From Psychrobacter sp. DM4 (GTDB taxonomy: Bacteria > Pseudomonadota > Gammaproteobacteria > Pseudomonadales > Moraxellaceae), in NCBI RefSeq assembly GCF_051307035.1, contig NZ_CP195536.1, forward strand, positions 2,550,001-2,582,000: a stretch of 32,000 nucleotides of DNA, read 5' to 3'. The first letter of the stretch is position 1. Each line of letters starts with the position of its first letter. The position numbers and the translations under genes are program-made. Below the pieces are notes generated by a model that made no database searches, was not told where the DNA came from, and saw only the letters and a program-made list of their open reading frames with translations. This document shows positions 13,277-21,592 of the stretch, piece after piece.

Positions 13277-13966
13277 TTAGCGCAACTCATAGTGTCGAAG
13301 CAATATAGAGTGATCTATGTTGCTTTTTTTATGAGGGTCTATTGTAGAGGGCTTGGGCTCAATGCTAATTTCATTGACAAGGCGTAGATCATTAAAGTCT
13401 AAAATCAATACCTCGTTGCGAGTGCGTTCGCTCGTGCGTTTATTATGCTTTATAGGAAAGCCAACGACTTGCTGACTAGCGGCTTTTATATGATTGATGA
13501 CTAATTTTCTAGATATTGCGCGTCCTGATTTTATGGCGTTCTGATTTATTTTTTGCGCATCGCAAAGTGCAGTTGCAGGATTAATAGTGGTGGTAAATAA
13601 CTTATCAATACGCGCGCTTTTGGGAATATCACCTGCGACAAATAATATCTGATTGATAGGCAAAAACTGCGCATGGCGCATGAGCTCCCGGTGAAATAAT
13701 GCTGGCATATCCATATTGAAGCTATCTTCGGTTTGACGATAAAAGGCAGTAAAGCTGCGCTGAATATAGCGCCCGAATACAGTAGCATTAATCCATTCTT
13801 GGTACACACTATCCTTTAGCAATCGCTTAGCAAACTCTTTTGGGTCAATCTCAATATCTGCTGCCAACAATGCCACTAGTAAACTTTGTGGATCTATGAA
13901 TGCCTGCTGTGCCCATGTTTGCGGATAAAGACTTGCATCTAGTGCGGACAACGTGGATCTACTCAT
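13277..13966 (-). CDS. hypothetical protein (no family recognised)
   Basis: The track ORF runs to 14119, but the ATG at 13966 (MSRSTLSALD...) has an AAGGA RBS and avoids overlapping the divergent gene at 14104. 229 aa, soluble, with a basic C-terminus. Confidence 0.55.
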   Translation of the reverse strand: MSRSTLSALDASLYPQTWAQQAFIDPQSLLVALLAADIEIDPKEFAKRLLKDSVYQEWINATVFGRYIQRSFTAFYRQTEDSFNMDMPALFHRELMRHAQFLPINQILFVAGDIPKSARIDKLFTTTINPATALCDAQKINQNAIKSGRAISRKLVINHIKAASQQVVGFPIKHNKRTSERTRNEVLILDFNDLRLVNEISIEPKPSTIDPHKKSNIDHSILLRHYELR

Positions 13967-14103
13967 AGGCTTATATCCTTGTTCGTCATTTATTAAAAAC
14001 GTTTTTGTGCTATGGTCAGTTTGACGGTTTTTGACGGACGTTACCGTAGCATTTGTTATAAGAGGTGTTATCACCGAATTTCCAACCGATACTGTAAGGA
14101 TAT

Positions 14104-15006
14104 ATGATGGCGAACACATCGCTCACTTTGACACTGGAATGGTTTTTGAACCCTGATCATCTGCCCTTTATCGCCGGTATTCATACTGGCGCGTATAAAG
14201 ATGCTGGCCTCGACATTACGATGATTGAGCCCACTGAACACTATGATGGTTTTGCTGAGCTACAAGCGGGTAACATCGACTTTCATGTCAATGAACCCAT
14301 TCATTTATTTGAGCATTATTTTACCGATCTAAAAGCACTTGGCTGCTTCTTTGTCACTGACGGCGGGGTCATGATGAAGCAAAGCAGTATGGATAAGCTT
14401 ACACAAAATCAGCCCATTCGTATTACGACCCCTTCGGCCAACCCTATTACAAACAAAATCGGATTTGAGATACTGCATCGTTACGCGCAGAAAAATGGCT
14501 TTGAATTAGCTCGTGATAATGTTGAGTTTGTAGAGACTGACTTTCAACATCTAAAAAATCTACAAGAGGGCGATGCGACAAGCGAGTTCGATGGTGCTTG
14601 GCTATGTTTTTATAACTTTGAAGGGATAGAGGCCAATCATATTGGGCTTGATTATACTTTTATTGATCAGCACTTATCGCCTTATCCAAACTTCTCAGCG
14701 CTGGAGCTGATGACTACACATAGTCTGTGGGGAAATAAAAAAGAGGCTATGGAACGTTTTGTCAAAGTGACCACTGAAATGGCTGAGCTGTGTACTAGCC
14801 AGCCTGAAAAAGCGCGTGAGATTTATTACGGCTACACTGGAGATGAGCCCTCAGCGTTAATGGACGACATTATCAATGACACGCTAAAACGACTGATTGC
14901 GCCGATCAAACCTGATCGCGAACGCTGGACAGCTTTGCGTGAAATGCTCATTACTCTAGATATCGCAGCTGTTAGTGATGACGAGTACGCGAAACTGTGG
15001 CAGTAG
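14104..15006 (+). CDS. NMT1/THI5-like domain protein (cytoplasmic, no signal peptide)
   Basis: 300 aa. The N-terminus aligns ungapped with yeast Thi5p as I recall it (LEWFLNPDHLPF / LNWQPTPYHIPI; GLDITMIEPT / GLDMAILEPT; GNIDF...IH / GKVDM...IH). RBS AAGGA. The start could be 14107. Confidence 0.7.
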   Translation: MMANTSLTLTLEWFLNPDHLPFIAGIHTGAYKDAGLDITMIEPTEHYDGFAELQAGNIDFHVNEPIHLFEHYFTDLKALGCFFVTDGGVMMKQSSMDKLTQNQPIRITTPSANPITNKIGFEILHRYAQKNGFELARDNVEFVETDFQHLKNLQEGDATSEFDGAWLCFYNFEGIEANHIGLDYTFIDQHLSPYPNFSALELMTTHSLWGNKKEAMERFVKVTTEMAELCTSQPEKAREIYYGYTGDEPSALMDDIINDTLKRLIAPIKPDRERWTALREMLITLDIAAVSDDEYAKLWQ

Positions 15007-15075
15007 CAGCTCAAATAGCACCAATATCTACAACCTCCTAAAGGCATTGTATTCTCAAAAATTATAGAACACATT

Positions 15076-16017
15076 ATGATAAAAAACTTGCTCTCAAAAT
15101 ATCAATTACAAACCATAAATATCACAGCGGCTGACGGTACGCTGCTACCAGTCTCGGTGATTGGACAGGGGTCTCCTGTCTTACTATTACATGCTTATGG
15201 TATGGACGCGCGTGAGTTTTTGCCGTTTATAGCGCCGCTCCTTGGTAAACACACCTTTTATTTGCCGCACTTTAGAGGGTTTGGTGAAGCCAAAATAACG
15301 TCTCTGACTCAGTTTGATTTCGTCCGTCAATACGCCGATGATATGAACGAAATCGTCGAGCATATCTGTACATTACGACAACTAGAGTCCTTGCCTGTTG
15401 CGGCTATCTCTATGGGCGCACAAGTCATGTGGGCTTATTTTGAGCGTTATGGTGTGGCACGAATCAGCCGATTTATGAATATAGATCAAAATCCTGCTAT
15501 TCATAATCAGCCCGACTGGCAAGGCGGTCTGTTTGGCGTGCGTCAACAAGAAGTGTTCGATATCTTTCAAGAAGTGATTGACCGGACTTTGCCTTATGCT
15601 AATATTGGTAGTTTTGCTCATCTGCCCTTTGCGCTCAAACGCCGTGCTACAGATGTCGAGCGGCTGTTTTCTCTACTATCTGTGAATCGTACGCGCTCAA
15701 AAGCGTTTATACAAATGACAACCTACAAAAACGATCCTAAGCTTGCGCTTTATGACCATAGTATTTGGGACCATAAAAGACAGTGCTTGCAAGCGTATTT
15801 AGAGCTGCCTTATGACTTTCGCGGCGCTTTAGAAAAGGTAACTATTCCTGTCGTTAATCTAATCGGCGGACGCTCCAAACTCTATGACCCTAAATGGCAA
15901 CAAAAAGTCACTCAGATGCTGCCCAATGCCACCGAAATTATTTTGCCGCATTCAGGTCATGCCGTACCGCTTGATGAGCCCGTTAGGTTTTATAAAGTGC
16001 TTAAAGCATTCTTTTAA
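15076..16017 (+). CDS. alpha/beta hydrolase fold protein
   Basis: 313 aa. PVLLLHAYGMD oxyanion region, nucleophile elbow AISMGA, C-terminal HSGHAVPLDEP histidine motif. No obvious RBS. Confidence 0.75.
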   Translation: MIKNLLSKYQLQTINITAADGTLLPVSVIGQGSPVLLLHAYGMDAREFLPFIAPLLGKHTFYLPHFRGFGEAKITSLTQFDFVRQYADDMNEIVEHICTLRQLESLPVAAISMGAQVMWAYFERYGVARISRFMNIDQNPAIHNQPDWQGGLFGVRQQEVFDIFQEVIDRTLPYANIGSFAHLPFALKRRATDVERLFSLLSVNRTRSKAFIQMTTYKNDPKLALYDHSIWDHKRQCLQAYLELPYDFRGALEKVTIPVVNLIGGRSKLYDPKWQQKVTQMLPNATEIILPHSGHAVPLDEPVRFYKVLKAFF

Positions 16018-16194
16018 AATGATTTTTAGAGACGACCACTACTCACACAACCACACTATATTTATCACAACCTCTCACAGCAAATAACATAATCTGCTCT
16101 TATACTTAAGAGCTGGCATACCACTGTGATGTCTTATAAAAAGATAATCATAAATAACGCCACCAAAAAAATAATCATTCAAAAGGATATGAAT

Positions 16195-17031
16195 ATGCCC
16201 TATGTAAAAGTTGCTACGCAAAACAATCAACCTGTCAATCTATATTACGAAGTCCAAGGCAGCGGTAAGCCTGTGGTGCTCATACACGGCTGGCCGCTGA
16301 GTGGCCGCGCGTGGGAGTCACAACTCATGGCGCTGGTCGAGGCTGGTTATCAAGTCATTACTTATGATAGACGCGGCTTTGGTCAATCTTCCCAACCTTG
16401 GGAAGCCTATGACTACGACACCTTGGCACAAGACTTAAAAGCGCTAATGGATGAACTTGATTTGCAAGATGCCACTATCGTTGGTTTCTCTATGGGCGGC
16501 GGCGAAGTGGCGCGCTATCTTGGCAACTATGGCTCAAATCGTGTCAGTAAAGCGGTACTCGCCTCGGCAGTGCCACCTTATTTATTTAAGGCAGATGACA
16601 ATCCTGATGGCGGCTTAGAAGAGGCGGATGTGCAAGAGTTTTTGGATGGAGTTAGCGGCGACCGTATTGCCTTTTTGAATGACTTCACTAAGAACTTTTT
16701 TACGCCAAAAGACGGCAAACTGTTGGTCAGTAAGCCCATGCGCTTGTATAACCGCGATATCGCGTCACACGCGTCTGCTAAAGCCACTTATGACTGTGTT
16801 AAATCCTTTGCGTACACTGACTTTCGTGATGATTTAAAGAAATTCGATGTGCCAACGTTGGTGATTCATGGTGATGCCGACCAAATCGTACCCTTTGAAG
16901 TCAGTGGTGAGCGCTCGCATGAGATGATCGCTGATAGTCAATTGCATATCATTGAAGGTGGCCCACATGGTATTAATGTCACGCATGCTAAAGAGTTTAA
17001 CGAAGCGCTTATTAAGTTTTTAGACAGCTAA
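16195..17031 (+). CDS. alpha/beta hydrolase, cofactor-free (non-haem) haloperoxidase / perhydrolase / arylesterase type
   Basis: MPYVKV... start with AAGGA 9 nt upstream. The track ORF from 16126 adds an implausible AT-rich extension. VVLIHGWPLSGRAWE, YDRRGFGQSSQP, GFSMGGGEVARY, VIHGDADQIVP, GGPHG. Confidence 0.85.
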   Translation: MPYVKVATQNNQPVNLYYEVQGSGKPVVLIHGWPLSGRAWESQLMALVEAGYQVITYDRRGFGQSSQPWEAYDYDTLAQDLKALMDELDLQDATIVGFSMGGGEVARYLGNYGSNRVSKAVLASAVPPYLFKADDNPDGGLEEADVQEFLDGVSGDRIAFLNDFTKNFFTPKDGKLLVSKPMRLYNRDIASHASAKATYDCVKSFAYTDFRDDLKKFDVPTLVIHGDADQIVPFEVSGERSHEMIADSQLHIIEGGPHGINVTHAKEFNEALIKFLDS

Positions 17032-17061
17032 TTGACGTCATACTTTCACTCAAAGAAGAAA

Positions 17062-17088
17062 AGCGACCTCTATAGGGTCGCTTTTTTT
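17062..17088. terminator. bidirectional terminator between the hydrolase and DUF1653 genes
   Basis: AGCGACC (17062-17068) pairs with GGTCGCT (17076-17082), then T7. An A-rich run upstream serves the minus-strand gene. Confidence 0.8.
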
Positions 17089-17114
17089 GGGATGTTAAAA
17101 AGGCATTTTAATCA

Positions 17115-17351
17115 TCAATCCGCTAGAGTTTTAATCAGCTCAAAGCGTGGTACTTCTTTGTCATCTATCATAACCGTCTCAGCAAACATCGCAAGCGGTC
17201 GTACCCACACGCCATACTCGCCGTAGAGACAACGATAAACCACTAGCGCCTCCTCGGTTTCAGAATGCTGCGCGGTATGCAAGACTTGATACAGATTGCC
17301 TTTGTAGTGGCGGTAGATGCCTTGGGGGATGGATTGATATTTTTGCTTCAT
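17115..17351 (-). CDS. DUF1653 domain protein
   Basis: 78 aa. GIYRHYKGNLYQVLHTAQHSETEEALVVYRCLYG...WVRPLAMF matches the DUF1653 signature as recalled. RBS AAGAGG. Confidence 0.8.
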   Translation of the reverse strand: MKQKYQSIPQGIYRHYKGNLYQVLHTAQHSETEEALVVYRCLYGEYGVWVRPLAMFAETVMIDDKEVPRFELIKTLAD

Positions 17352-17394
17352 GCCTCTTGCCTTTTTTTTATTTACCTTATTAATCCTACGCGCT

Positions 17395-18606
17395 TTATCC
17401 CACCGTCACCTTAGCATAGCCCTTTTTACCTGCCTGAATGACTGCCGTCTGCCCTGAGGTTAAGCTAAACCCAGCATCAACCACTTCGCCATCGACTTTT
17501 ACTGCGCCGCGTTTGACCATATCTTTAGCGGCTGAGTTGTTTTTGGCAAGCTGTGCTTGGTTTAGGATTTGAGTGATAAATAGCGCATCCGCACCTTCTA
17601 AATCCAATGTAATCTCTGGCAGATCAACAGGCAATTCGCCATCGGCTAAGACGTTACCAGCAGATTTGTGCGCATTAGCAGCCGCGTCGCTATCATGAAA
17701 ACGCTCGATTAACTCTTCGGCTAAAATGCGTTTGATCTCTTGCGGATTACGACCATTATCCATCTCCGCCATCAAGCTCTCAATTTCATCCATCGGCTTA
17801 AAGCTTAAAAACTCAAAGTAGCGACGGATAAGCGTATCTGGCATGGATAAGAGCTTTTGGTACATGGTGCCTGGCGCATCATAAATACCGACGTAATTGT
17901 TTAAGGATTTAGACATTTTATTGACGCCGTCTAGCCCTTCTAAGATTGGCACAGTAATACAAACTTGTGGCTCTTGACCATAGCGACCTTGGAGGGTTCG
18001 TCCCATCAAAATATTGAAAGTTTGATCGGTACCGCCAAGCTCAACATCCGCCTCAAGCGCGATGGAATCATAACCTTGCACTAAGGGATAGAGAAACTCG
18101 TGAATGGCAATAGGCGTTTGCGCGGCGTAGCGTTTGGAGAAGTCATCACGCTCTAGCATGCGCGAAACCGTCAGCTGGCTTGAGAGTTGAATCATATCGC
18201 CCGCTGACATATCTTTGAACCATTCAGAGTTAAAGACAATACGGGTTTTATCTTTATCCAAAATCTTAAAGACTTGCTCAGCGTACGTCTCAGCATTGAC
18301 TTTGATTTGCTCGTCGGTCAATGGCGGACGCGTGCTATTTTTGCCCGAAGGATCGCCAATCTTGGCCGTGTAATCGCCAATCAAAAAATAAATCTCATGG
18401 CCCAAATCTTGAAAATGCTTGAGCTTATTGATGAGTACCGTATGACCTAAATGCAAATCAGGCGCGGTAGGATCAAAGCCTGCCTTGATACGTAGCGGAC
18501 GATCTAGCTTGAGTTTAGCGATTAAATCGTCTCTAGATAACACCTCCTGCGTACCGCGTTCAATTAGAGCAAGTTGGTCTTCTAAGGTATGGGTTTGAGT
18601 GGTCAT
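17395..18606 (-). CDS. tyrS: tyrosine--tRNA ligase
   Basis: HLGH (DLHLGHTV) and KMSKS motifs with a C-terminal S4-like domain. Start is taken at 18606 (MTTQTH...). The track ORF extends 16 codons further, to 18654. Confidence 0.96.
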   Translation of the reverse strand: MTTQTHTLEDQLALIERGTQEVLSRDDLIAKLKLDRPLRIKAGFDPTAPDLHLGHTVLINKLKHFQDLGHEIYFLIGDYTAKIGDPSGKNSTRPPLTDEQIKVNAETYAEQVFKILDKDKTRIVFNSEWFKDMSAGDMIQLSSQLTVSRMLERDDFSKRYAAQTPIAIHEFLYPLVQGYDSIALEADVELGGTDQTFNILMGRTLQGRYGQEPQVCITVPILEGLDGVNKMSKSLNNYVGIYDAPGTMYQKLLSMPDTLIRRYFEFLSFKPMDEIESLMAEMDNGRNPQEIKRILAEELIERFHDSDAAANAHKSAGNVLADGELPVDLPEITLDLEGADALFITQILNQAQLAKNNSAAKDMVKRGAVKVDGEVVDAGFSLTSGQTAVIQAGKKGYAKVTVG

Positions 18607-18725
18607 GAGAATCTCTTTATTGTCATTATGAAAAGGCTTACACGTTTGGGCCAATTAGAATCTTGTAGCCTATAAAAGATGGTAGAATTTGAGAGATATA
18701 CTAGCGTTTTTTGAGGTAAATTGCC

Positions 18726-20015
18726 ATGAGTAAGCCTGTGTCTGTTATTGATAATCAAAACCCCAACGTAGATCTAAGCGATGGCGAGGATATGTCGCTT
18801 GTCGATACCCTAGAGCAAACCCTGTTCGAGAACTTCGATGATGGTCTATATATCGGCATGATGTCAGGGACGAGTTTGGACGGTATGGACGCAGTATTGT
18901 GTCAGTTTACGGCGGACTCTGACGCTAGCGCCGCTCCTATGCACCTACTAGCAAGTTATAGCCAAGACTTCCCGCCGCGTCTGCGAGAAGTGCTGCTTGC
19001 CTTGTGTCAGCCTAATGGCGTGCAAGCCTTAACGCCAGTAGAGAGCGAGCCTGATAGCGAATTAGACTGGTTTGGCTGGGCAAGCAAAGCATACGGTGAA
19101 TTTGCCACCGAGGTGGTCAATACCTTATTGCAAAGAGCCAATATCGAGTCAGAGTCCGTACTAGCGATTGGCTGTCATGGTCAAACTGTGCGCCATCGCC
19201 CGCAGATGGGCTATACTTTGCAATTGCTTGATGCCAATATCATCGCTGAGCGCACAGGCATCAGCGTCGTCAGTGACTTTCGTCGCCGCGATATGGCGGT
19301 TGGCGGGCAAGGTGCGCCACTAGTGCCCGCCTTTCATCATGCTCTATTCTCGGATGCACATACGACACGTATCCTGCTTAATTTGGGTGGTATCGCAAAC
19401 ATAACAGTCCTGCCTGCCGAATCAAATAATGTGACAGGCTATGACACTGGTCCTGCTAACTTGTTGATGGACGCATGGACTGCGCTTCATACTGGTCATG
19501 ATTATGATGCAAATGGCACTTGGGCGCAGTCTGGACAGGTCATTGAACCGCTACTGAATCAGCTGATAGAGCATTCATTCTTTGCAAAAACGCATCCCAA
19601 AAGTACGGGACGCGAAGACTTCAATCTAGAGTGGCTACAAGATGAGCTACAAGAATTCGATCAAGCGTCGGCTCATATTCGCTACTCATCCGCCGACGTG
19701 CAAGCGACTCTAACCGAGCTGACTGCTATGAGTGCCTGCGACCAGATCAATTTATTTATTCAGTCTCCTGCTGACAGTACCGTCTATGTCTGCGGCGGCG
19801 GCGCGTTGAATGGCTATTTGATGACACGATTGCAAGCGCACTTGCCACATTCGACGGTAGAGACTACGGCAAGCTTGGGACTTGACCCAACGTGGGTGGA
19901 AGCCGTAGCCTTTGCGTGGCTGGCGCGTCAAACCTTGATGGGCGAGACGGGTAACTTGCCTGCGGTCACTGGCGCAAACAAGGGTGTGGTGTTAGGTCAA
20001 GTGTGTTTTGCTTAG
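18726..20015 (+). CDS. anmK: anhydro-N-acetylmuramic acid kinase
   Basis: 429 aa. GMMSGTSLDGMDAVL, IGCHGQTVRHRP, NLGGIAN, GGGALN. RBS GAGGT. Divergent from tyrS. Confidence 0.94.
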   Translation: MSKPVSVIDNQNPNVDLSDGEDMSLVDTLEQTLFENFDDGLYIGMMSGTSLDGMDAVLCQFTADSDASAAPMHLLASYSQDFPPRLREVLLALCQPNGVQALTPVESEPDSELDWFGWASKAYGEFATEVVNTLLQRANIESESVLAIGCHGQTVRHRPQMGYTLQLLDANIIAERTGISVVSDFRRRDMAVGGQGAPLVPAFHHALFSDAHTTRILLNLGGIANITVLPAESNNVTGYDTGPANLLMDAWTALHTGHDYDANGTWAQSGQVIEPLLNQLIEHSFFAKTHPKSTGREDFNLEWLQDELQEFDQASAHIRYSSADVQATLTELTAMSACDQINLFIQSPADSTVYVCGGGALNGYLMTRLQAHLPHSTVETTASLGLDPTWVEAVAFAWLARQTLMGETGNLPAVTGANKGVVLGQVCFA

Positions 20016-20121
20016 TCAATTAATCCAAGTTTACAAACGTACACTAATCTATATTATAATGATCGGTAAAAATGATATTGTTTTTGTATGATTATCACAC
20101 AGTCGCTATAGGATACAGGGT

Positions 20122-21447
20122 ATGAGCCAACAGCAGCAGCTAAAGTCACGTCGTAAAACACCGCATCATGAGCGTACCGATGATAGGCGCGTCGTCGTCA
20201 CTGGTATGGGGGCGATCACGCCTCTAGGATTGGATGTTGAGAGCACTTGGGTAAGGTTACTAAGTGGTGAGAGCGGTATCACACCCATTACTCATTTCGA
20301 TCCTGAAGCGTACCGCGCGCAGATCGCAGGCACGGTCAAAGACTTTGATGCCAAAAACTATATGAACCCTAAAGACGCGCGCCGCTATGACGAGTTTATG
20401 CACTACGCGGTGGCAGCGACCTCTATGGCACTACACAATGCAGGCTATATCGATGAAGTGAGTGCTACGGACAGCCCTGTCAAAGACGTCGACCAAGAGC
20501 GTTTTGGGGTAATTTTGGGTTCAGGTATTGGCGGTATCCAGACAATTGAGAACAGCCGTGATACGCTAAGGGACAAAGGCGCAAAAAAAGTCTCGCCCTT
20601 TATTATTCCAGGCTCTATCGTCAATATGGCAGCAGGTCTTGTCGCTATCAAACATACTTTGAAGGGTCCAAACCTAGCCACATCTACCGCTTGTACTACA
20701 GCGACGCACGCTATCGGATTAGCAGCACGCCTTATTGCGCATGGTGATGCCGACGTTATGCTGGCGGGCGGTAGTGAAAAAGGCTCAAGCCCACTAGGTA
20801 TCGCAGGATTTGGCGCGATGCACGCACTCTCTACGCGTAATGACGAGCCAACAAAGGCGTCGCGTCCGTTTGATAAAGGCCGCGATGGTTTTGTATTAGG
20901 AGATGGCGCAGGCGTGATGGTGCTTGAGAGTCTCGCTCATGCCAAAGCGCGCGGCGCGACGATACTGGCAGAATTGGTCGGTTTTGGTATGAGTGATGAT
21001 GCCAGTCATATTACCGCGCCACCTGAAGACGGTAGCGGTGCTGCCCGTGCGATGCAAAATGCTATTGACGACGCTGGTATTGAGCCATCTGCTGTGGGTT
21101 ACGTGAACGCTCATGGCACCAGCACGCCCGCAGGAGACGTCGCAGAATCCCTAGCCATCGAAACGGTATTTTATGACATAAAAGATACTATACTCGTCAG
21201 CTCAACTAAATCAATGACGGGTCATTTGCTAGGTGCAGCGGGCGGTATCGAGGCGATATTCACCGTGTTAGCGCTGCAGCATCAGCACATACCGCCGACG
21301 ATTAACTTAGATAATGTCGAGGACAACTGTAATCTAGATTACGTCGCCAATACTTCACGCAAAGTTGAGAATTTAAACTATGCGGTGTCGAACAGCTTTG
21401 GCTTTGGTGGTACTAACGGCTCGTTAGTCTTTGCGCGGTGGTCGTAA
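20122..21447 (+). CDS. fabF: beta-ketoacyl-ACP synthase II
   Basis: RVVVTGMGAITPLG, active-site Cys in TACTTATHAIG, and His motifs AHGTSTPAGD and KSMTGHLLGAAG. About 25-aa basic N-terminal extension. Confidence 0.92.
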   Translation: MSQQQQLKSRRKTPHHERTDDRRVVVTGMGAITPLGLDVESTWVRLLSGESGITPITHFDPEAYRAQIAGTVKDFDAKNYMNPKDARRYDEFMHYAVAATSMALHNAGYIDEVSATDSPVKDVDQERFGVILGSGIGGIQTIENSRDTLRDKGAKKVSPFIIPGSIVNMAAGLVAIKHTLKGPNLATSTACTTATHAIGLAARLIAHGDADVMLAGGSEKGSSPLGIAGFGAMHALSTRNDEPTKASRPFDKGRDGFVLGDGAGVMVLESLAHAKARGATILAELVGFGMSDDASHITAPPEDGSGAARAMQNAIDDAGIEPSAVGYVNAHGTSTPAGDVAESLAIETVFYDIKDTILVSSTKSMTGHLLGAAGGIEAIFTVLALQHQHIPPTINLDNVEDNCNLDYVANTSRKVENLNYAVSNSFGFGGTNGSLVFARWS

Positions 21448-21534
21448 CTTGAGCCCTTGTTTAACGCTTTGCGTAGCGTTTAGCTTATCCTAGCGCAACG
21501 CTGACGTCAGATTACTACGTTTGTCCTCTTGCAG

Positions 21535-21572
21535 CCCCTTATCTCACTTGCGTATGATAAGGGGTAATTTTT
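21535..21572 (+). terminator. intrinsic terminator after fabF
   Basis: CCCCTTATC (21535-21543) pairs with GATAAGGGG (21556-21564), followed by TAATTTTT. Confidence 0.7.
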
Positions 21573-21592
21573 AGCACTTTATGGAAGATATC

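Noticed and set aside
13967-14103. Looked for a TPP (THI-box) riboswitch upstream of the THI5-like gene.
   Set aside because: There is no CUGAGA / ACCUGAUCUGGAUAAUGCCAGCG-type core on the plus strand, and the region is too short and AT-rich.
13967-14119. 51-codon N-terminal extension of the orphan ORF, which would overlap the THI5-like gene start.
   Set aside because: The internal ATG at 13966 has a good AAGGA RBS. The extension runs through the divergent promoter region and has no RBS.
16126-16194. Upstream extension (MMSYKKIIINNATKKIIIQKDMN) of the haloperoxidase-type hydrolase.
   Set aside because: It is AT-rich and low-complexity. The family normally begins MPYV..., and AAGGA sits at the right distance from the ATG at 16195.
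17032-17226. 64-aa plus-strand ORF after the hydrolase gene.
   Set aside because: It runs through the bidirectional terminator and antisense into the DUF1653 gene. No RBS.
18607-18654. 16-codon upstream extension of tyrS.
   Set aside because: MTTQTH at 18606 gives a normal-length TyrRS. The extension has no supporting RBS.
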